Positions 57,428-64,000 of a stretch of DNA of 64,000 nucleotides are shown here, piece by piece. The stretch comes from Macrostomum lignano (Eukaryota), in contig NIVC01000195.1 of NCBI GenBank assembly GCA_002269645.1, positions 544,211 through 608,210 on the forward strand. The letters run 5' to 3'. Below the pieces are notes generated by a model, which was not told the DNA's origin, searched no databases, and saw only the letters and a program-made list of their open reading frames with translations. Numbering within the stretch: the first letter of the stretch is position 1; each line of letters begins with the position of its first letter. A program made the translations under genes and the position numbers.

Positions 57428-60400
57428 ATGACAGCCGGTGATCCTATTGTGCCGCACACGGCATGGGCGGCGGCCCACGGCAGCGGTCAGGAAGACGACA
57501 GCGACGAGCTGCCCAGCGCATTCGCGCGGCTCAGCAAAGAGCTTCTGGACAGCGCCGCGGTGCAGAAGGAGCTGGCGCTCGGCCAGCGGGTCGGCTTCTA
57601 CAGGCTGCACGACCTGCTGGGCACTGGCAACTTCTCACAGGTCAAGCTGGCCACGCACGAGCTCACCAAGGGTAAGTTGATGAGATCCCTGCTGCCTCGC
57701 TGCTGTCTCACTGCTGCCTCGCTGCTGTCTCACTGCTGCCTCACTGCTGGCTCACTGCTGCCTCACTGCTACCTCACTGCTGCCTCACTGCTGCCTCACT
57801 GCTACCTCACTGCTGCCTCACTGCTGCCTCACTGCTACCTCACTGCTGTCTCACTGCTACCTCACTGCTACCTCACTGCTGCCTCACTGCTGCCTCACTG
57901 CTACCTCACTGCTGCCTCACTGCTGCCTCACTACTGCCTCACTGCTACCTCACTGCTGCCTCGCTGCTGCCTCACCGCTACCTCACTGCTGCCTCGCTGC
58001 TGCCTCACTGCTACCTCACTGCTACCTCACTGCTGCCTCACCGCTACCTCACTGCTGCCTCACTGCTGCCTCACTGCTGCCTCACTGCTGCCTAACTGCT
58101 GCCTCACTGCTGCCTCACTGCTGCCTCACTGCTGCCTCACTGCTGCCTCACTGCTGCCTCACTGCTGCCTCACTGCTGCCTCACCGCTACCTCACTGCTG
58201 CCTCACCGCTACCTCACTGCTGCCTCACTGCTACCTCACTGCTGCCTCACTGCTGCCTCACTGCTGCCTAACTGCTGCCTCACTGCTGCCTCACTGCTAC
58301 CTCACTGCTGCCTCACTGCTGACACTCAAATGCCGCTCTCTACTCCCCATCTTTCTGCAAAAGAGCGAATGTCTGTTTCGCAATTTTATCCTCAGACGTC
58401 AGCACGCAACCTTTGCGGAAGTCACGTCACCCCCATGCCATGCTTGTAGTGACGCCCGGGCTGAGCCATGCTGCAATTGTCAGATTCAATTAACTGACTT
58501 TCAATTCAAAAATCATAAATCTCAATTCTATTGAGACTGAGCTCTAGGAGCGCATCGGTTATTCCCGTGTCTTGCAGGTGGAAGGTCCAGGAAGTTCTCG
58601 CAGGTGCTGTCCCGCTCTGGCTCAGTGCGGATGCTTTGAGCGCACTCAGATCAGGTTCGTCTCTTTAATTGAGCAGACTTCGGTTCGATTCAGCAGGCCA
58701 GCTGCTGTCATGGCAGGTGGCGGTCGGATCAAAGGACTCCGGGCATGTCATCAGCGGCCTGAGCACCCGCTTCCTGCTGATTTCCCTTTTCAGTCTTGCA
58801 GCAAGCCGCAGCACTGCAGATTCGCTGTCTGTTAACCACTTCTGCCACTCAAGCCTGCACTCACTCTGAGAAAACCCGTTGGCATTCGACAGTTCGACAA
58901 GCTGAAAAGAGGATGAGTTTGAATATGCATGAGCACCCTCAGAGCATTCTTCCCATATCCCCTCCCTGCGTGCTGACTCAATCTGTCAAGAGTGCAGGCT
59001 GGCAGAGTTTCAGGCGCGAGTTATTTTTATCCTGCAGCGGTGCCGAGCGTTTTGTGACGCCATCTTTCCTTGCTGAGCAGCCTCGTCAGCTGCTCGGGCT
59101 CGCTGCAGCTGGGTCAGTTATTCGGATCAGCACTTTTAGTAGCGGCTGGATGAGAGAAATGTGGAAAACAGCAACAGGAGGCAGACAATAAATTTATGAT
59201 GAGGCGGAAGGGCAGCTGCAGGCGAGTCCTGGCACGCACAGGATTTGCCCATCCTTGAGCTCCTGCTGCCTGCTTTAGTATCTGCAGAGCCGCTGTCGCC
59301 ATGGTTACTCAGGAGCGCCATTCTAATTTGAGCTGCCGCTGTTGCTCGAGAATACAGATGGACTATACAGGGAAGAAGCGGAGCCGGGGGAAGTGCGGGG
59401 ACACGAGAGGGCGAAGGTCCTGTGACAGGGCCGGGACACGAGAGGGCGAAGGTCCTGTGACAGGGCTGGGACACGAGAGGGCGAAGGTCCAGTGACAGGG
59501 CCGGGACACGAGAGGGCGAAGGTCCAGTGACAGGGCCGGGACACGAGAGGGCGAAGATCCTGTGACAGGCTGCCAGGGCGCATCGAGAACGTTCGGAATG
59601 AAGGTTGAAACGTTCTGGTGGGATATTGAGACCAGGCTCAGAAAGGAAAAAAGTTGGGGAGGGAAGATGCAGAAGAATAATGAGGCACGGGGGAAGAGGG
59701 AGATAAAGATGGGGAGAAGGAAGCTGGAATGCGCCGAAGAGAAGGGAGGCGAGCAGCTGGGCGACGCCAAGCCCTCCATTCAATTATGCCACAGCGAGCC
59801 GGGGCTGGCAGTTGCACACCTGAATGAACTTTTCTGCGTCATCGGAAGCTGAAGATGGGAGCCAGCTTCCCCCCCCCCCCCAGCGGAGCCGCCCCGTCTA
59901 AGCAGCCGCGACAGCGGGGACAGTCGCGAGTGGCAAGTAGGAAACAATGCTGCGGGAGCTGGGAGAAATTTCCCGCCATCCCACACCTGCTTCATGCAGC
60001 GAGCGCTGCGCTGGATTGCTGCTTTGGCTGCCCCCCCCCCGGGCTGGGACAGCCCGCGCTCAAATATTCAGCAGCGAGGGGTGGCTGCCCAGTGGGTGCC
60101 GGCGCAGCCTGGGCAGCTGAGACAGTGGCGCCTGACCAATGAAGTTCTGTTACAATGCCGCGGCGCCCTGCACTGCGAAACCTGATGCTGGACAGAGTGT
60201 ACTTCTACAGATGCTGCGCTGTAGCCGCTATAGGGCTGAGGCCCAGACTGAGAATATGGGTGGTGGCGACGGTCTGGCAACTGAGGATCTTGCCAGGTCC
60301 TGAGGCTGGCGACACAGTCTGAGGATCTGAGAAGGTGGCGCCACAGTCTGAGGATCTGAGAAGGTGGCGCCGCAGTCTGAGGATCTAGGAAGGTGGCGCC

Positions 60401-62148
60401 ACAGTCTGAGGATCTGAGAGGCTGGCGCCAGTCTGAGGATCTGAGAGGCTGGCGCCACAGTCTGAGGATCTGAGAAGGTGGCGCCGCAGTCTGAGGATCT
60501 AGGAAGGTGGCGCCACAGTCTGAGGATCTGGGAAGCTGGCGCCACAGTCTGAGGATCTGAGAGGCTGGCGCCACAGTCTGAGGATCTGGGATGCTGGCGC
60601 CACAGTCTGAGGATCTGAGAGGCTGGCGCCACAGTCTGAGGATCTGAGAGGCTGGCGCCACAGTCTGAGGATCTGAGAGGGCGGCGCCGCAGTCTGAGGA
60701 TCTAAGAAGGTGGCGCCACAGTCTGAGGATCTGGGAGGCTGGCGTCACAGTCTGAGGATCTGAGAGGCTGGCGCCACAGTCTAAGGATCTGAGAGGGCGG
60801 CGCCGCAGTCTGAGGATCTAGGAAGGTTGCGCCACAATCTGAGGATCTGAGAGGCTGGCGCCACAGTCTAAGGATCTGAGAGGGCGGCGCCGCAGTCTGA
60901 GGATCTGAAAGGCTGGCGCCACAGTCTGAGGATCTGGGATGCTGGCGCCACAGTCTGAGGATCTGAGAGGCTGGCGCCACAGTCTGAGGATCTGGGATGC
61001 TGGCGCCACAGTCTGAGGATCTGAGAGGCTGGCGCCACAGTCTGAGGATCTGAGAAGGTGGCGCCGCAGTCTGAGGATCTAGGAAGGTGGCGCCACAGTC
61101 TGAGGATCTGGGAGGCTGGCGCCACAGTCTGGATCTGGGAGGCTGGCGCCAGTCTGAGGATCTGAGAGGCTGGCGCCACAGTCTGAGGATCTGAAAAGGT
61201 GGCGCCAGAGTCTGAGGATCTAGGAAGATGGCGCCACAGTCTGAGGATCTGGGAGGCTGGCGCCACAGTCTGAGGATCTGAGAGGCTGGCGCCACAGTCT
61301 GAGGATCTGGGATGCTGGCGCCACAGTCTGAGGATCTGAGAGGCTGGCGCCACAGTCTGAGGATCTGGGATGCTGGCGCCACAGTCTGAGGATCTGAGAG
61401 GCTGGCGCCAGTCTGAGGATCTGAGAGGCTGGCGCCACAGTCTGAGGATCTGAGAAGGTGGCGCCGCAGTCTGAGGATCTAGGAAGGTGGCGCCACAGTC
61501 TGAGGATCTGGGAGGCTGGCGTCACAGTCTGAGGATCTGAGAGGCTGGCGCCACAGTCTAAGGATCTGAGAGGGCGGCGCCGCAGTCTGAGGATCTAGGA
61601 AGGTTGCGCCACAGTCTGAGGATCTGAGAGGCTGGCGCCACAGTCTAAGGATCTGAGAGGGCGGCGCCGCAGTCTGAGGATCTGAAAGGCTGGCGCCACA
61701 GTCTGAGGATCTGGGATGCTGGCGCCACAGTCTGAGGATCTGGGAGGCTGGCGCCACAGTCTGAGGATCTGGGAGGCTGGCGCCATAGTCTGAGGATCTG
61801 GGAGGGAACAAATCCTCACAGCGAACCTCCAGCAGCACGCCCGAGATTATCCGCAGCCGCTTATCCTAAACGCCCGCAGAGAAAGTGGCAATAAAAATTC
61901 TGGACAAGACGAAGCTGGACGCCAAGACGCAGCAGCTTCTCTCTCGCGAGGTGACAGTGATGGAGCGGCTGCAGCATCCCTGCGTGATCTGCCTGTTCGA
62001 GGTGATCGAGAGCGTCGCCAAGCTGCACCTGGTGATGGAGTTTGCGCCAGGTGGCGAGCTGTTCACGAAAATCCGGCGGGAGGGCCGCATGGCTGAGGCC
62101 CGGGCCAGGAACATCTTCGGCCAGGTGGCCGCGGCTGTGGAGCACATG
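57428..62148 (+). CDS. NIM1K: Serine/threonine kinase NIM1K (AMPK-related), 5' part only; exons 57428-57671 and 61880-62148; continues past the window
   Basis: ELALGQRVGFYRLHDLLGTGNFSQVKLATHELTK|EKVAIKILDKTKLDAKTQQLLSREVTVMERLQHP...LHLVMEFAPGGELF closely matches NIM1K as recalled; donor G|GTAAGT, acceptor CGCAG|AG, donor ATG|GTGAGG, phases consistent. Confidence 0.92.
57685..58322. repeat. 11/12-bp CTCACTGCTGC minisatellite, NIM1K intron 1
   Basis: Starts about 12 nt after the donor. Confidence 0.93.
59375..59570. repeat. 33-bp repeat GACAGGGCCGGGACACGAGAGGGCGAAGGTCC(T/A)GT, about 5 copies, NIM1K intron 1
   Basis: Direct reading. Confidence 0.88.
60295..61800. repeat. 29-bp minisatellite GCTGGCGCCACAGTCTGAGGATCTGAGAG, about 50 copies, NIM1K intron 1
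   Basis: Direct reading; source of the PASQILRLW ORFs. Confidence 0.95.
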
Positions 62149-62154
62149 GTGAGG

Positions 62155-63000
62155 ATTGGAACTGGGATGAGGAGAATTGGGATTGGGATTGGGATAGGGA
62201 TGGGGAACTAGGGATGGGGAGAATTGGGGATGGGGAACTAGGGATGGGGATAATTGGGGATGGGGAACTGGAGATGGGGAGAATTGGGGATGGGGAACTG
62301 GGATGGGGAACTGGGGATGGAAAACTGGGGATTTGGAACTGGAGATGGGGAGATTTGGGGATGGGGAACTGGGGATGGGGAGAATTGGATGGGGAACTGA
62401 GGATTTGGAACTGGGGATGGGGAGAATTGGGGATGGGGAACTGAGGATTTAGAACTGGGGATGGGGAACTGGGGATGGGGAGAATTGGGGATGGGGAACT
62501 GAGGATTTAGAACTGGGGATGGGGAACTGGGGATGGGGAGAATTGGGGATGGGGAACTGGGGACGGGGAGAATTGGATGGGGAACTGAGGATTTGGAACT
62601 GGGATGGGGAACTGGGGAACTGAGGATTTAGAACTGGGGATGGGGAGAATTGGGGATGGGGAACTGAGGATTTGGAACTGGGGATGGGGAACTGGGGATG
62701 GGGAGAATTGGGGATGGGGAACTGAGGATTTAGAACTGGGGATGGGGAACTGGGGATGGGGAGAATTGGGGATGGGGAACTGGGGACGGGGAACTGGGGA
62801 CGGGGAAATTGGATGGGGAACTGAGGATTTAGAACTGGGGATGGGGAACTGGGGATGGGGAACTGGGGATGGGGAACTGGGATGGGGAACTGTGGATGGG
62901 GAACTGGGATGGGGAACTGGGGATTTGGATTTGGGGATGGGGAACTGGGGATGGGGAGAATTAGGGATGGGGAACCGAGGATGGGAAACTGTGGATGGGG
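62155..63000. repeat. G-rich GGGGATGGGGAACTG-type degenerate minisatellite, NIM1K intron 2
   Basis: Direct reading, begins just after the donor at 62149. Confidence 0.92.
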
Positions 63001-63344
63001 AAGTGCGGATGAGTAAGTGGATATAAGGAACTGGGATAGGGAGAACCGTGAATGAGGACATAGCAGGTTGAGTTGAGAGAGCTAGCTAAATATATTGACG
63101 GGTGGAGCAGAGATTTTATGACAGGAAGATAGCAGCTACAGTTAGCAAGTACGAGTAGCAAAGGAATAAAAGGGACTTGGGCAGAACTCGAAGCCTCTGT
63201 CGCTATCGAGTTACGTTGCTTCCATTCAGTGCAGCATGACTCATTTTTCTCAGACAGGCCTCTCTGACTAAGAGAGAACTGGCGTAGAAGCAAGTCAGAT
63301 CGGGTGTCCCAGCTTGCTCAGAGCATGCGCTCCGAGCTTGGGGA

Positions 63345-64000
63345 AGGAGCAGGTAGTTGGGGAAGGGGACAGGTAGCTTGGGAAGGGGACAGGTAGCTTG
63401 AGGAAGGGGACAGGTAGCTTGGGAAGGGGACAGGTAGCTTGGGGAAGGGGACAGGTAGCTTGGGGAAGGGGACAGGTAGCTTGGGGAAGGGGACAGGTAG
63501 CTTGGGGAAGGGACAGGTAGCTTGGGGAAGGGGACAGGTAGCTTGGGGAAGGGGACAGGTAGCTTGGGGAAGGGGACAGGTAGCTTGAGGAAGGGGACAG
63601 GTAGCTTGGGGAAGGGGACAGGTAGCTTGGGGAAGGGGACAGGTAGCTTGAGGAAGGGGACAGGTAGCTTGGGGAGGGGACAGGTAGCTTGAGGAAGGGG
63701 ACAGGTAGCTTGAGGAAGGGACAGGTAGCTTGGGGAAGGGGACAGGTAGCTTGGGAAAGGGAACAGGTAGCTTGAGGAAGGGACAGGTAGCTTGGGGAAG
63801 GGACAGGTAGCTTGAGGAAGGGGACAGGTAGCTTTGGGAAGGGGACAGGTAGCTTGGCGGAAGGGGACAGGTAGCTTGAGGAAGGGGACAGTAGCTTGGG
63901 AAGGGGACATGTAGCTTGGGGAAGGGGACAGGTAGCTTGAGGAAGGGGACAGGTAGCTTGGGAAGGGACAGGTAGCTTGGGAAGGGGACAGGTAGCTTGG
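63345..64000. repeat. 20-21-bp minisatellite GCTTGGGGAAGGGGACAGGTA, runs off the window
   Basis: Direct reading. Confidence 0.94.

Noticed and set aside
57672-58534. Cys-rich continuation of the 368-aa NIM1K ORF
   Set aside because: Lies past the G|GTAAGT donor; it is intronic repeat.
1-64000. CRISPR arrays, rRNA or tRNA genes, prokaryotic operons
   Set aside because: All arrays are head-to-tail with no unique spacers, no cas genes are present, no RNA gene was recognised, and genes have spliceosomal introns.

Overview
Eukaryotic (metazoan) genomic DNA, not prokaryotic. GC-rich coding exons and introns packed with private minisatellites suggest a free-living flatworm such as Macrostomum; this is inference from style, not a database match. 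Seven protein-coding genes can be reconstructed by hand: ARHGAP19-like RhoGAP (-), intronless DEG/ENaC channel (+), multi-exon RNase T2 (-), two tandem chromodomain-ankyrin MPP8/MPHOSPH8-like paralogs (-), SYK-like tandem-SH2 tyrosine kinase with a 1-bp frameshift (-), and the 5' part of NIM1K (+). About 21 minisatellite arrays (roughly 14 kb, about 22% of the window) generate most of the long repetitive ORFs in the track, which are artefacts. The AT-rich blocks (about 23-30 kb and 48-56 kb) hold nested hAT-type MITEs, a Helitron-like element with a circularly permuted copy, a decayed EnSpm/CMC-like transposase, a palindromic MITE and a truncated LINE. Best leads: (1) minisatellites made by amplifying splice junctions in RNase T2, one possibly a new intron made by tandem duplication; (2) a duplicated HUSH-subunit-like MPP8 pair in which one copy has lost its methyl-lysine cage; (3) a Helitron head-to-tail circle junction. 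All coordinates were counted by hand; no database searches were run.
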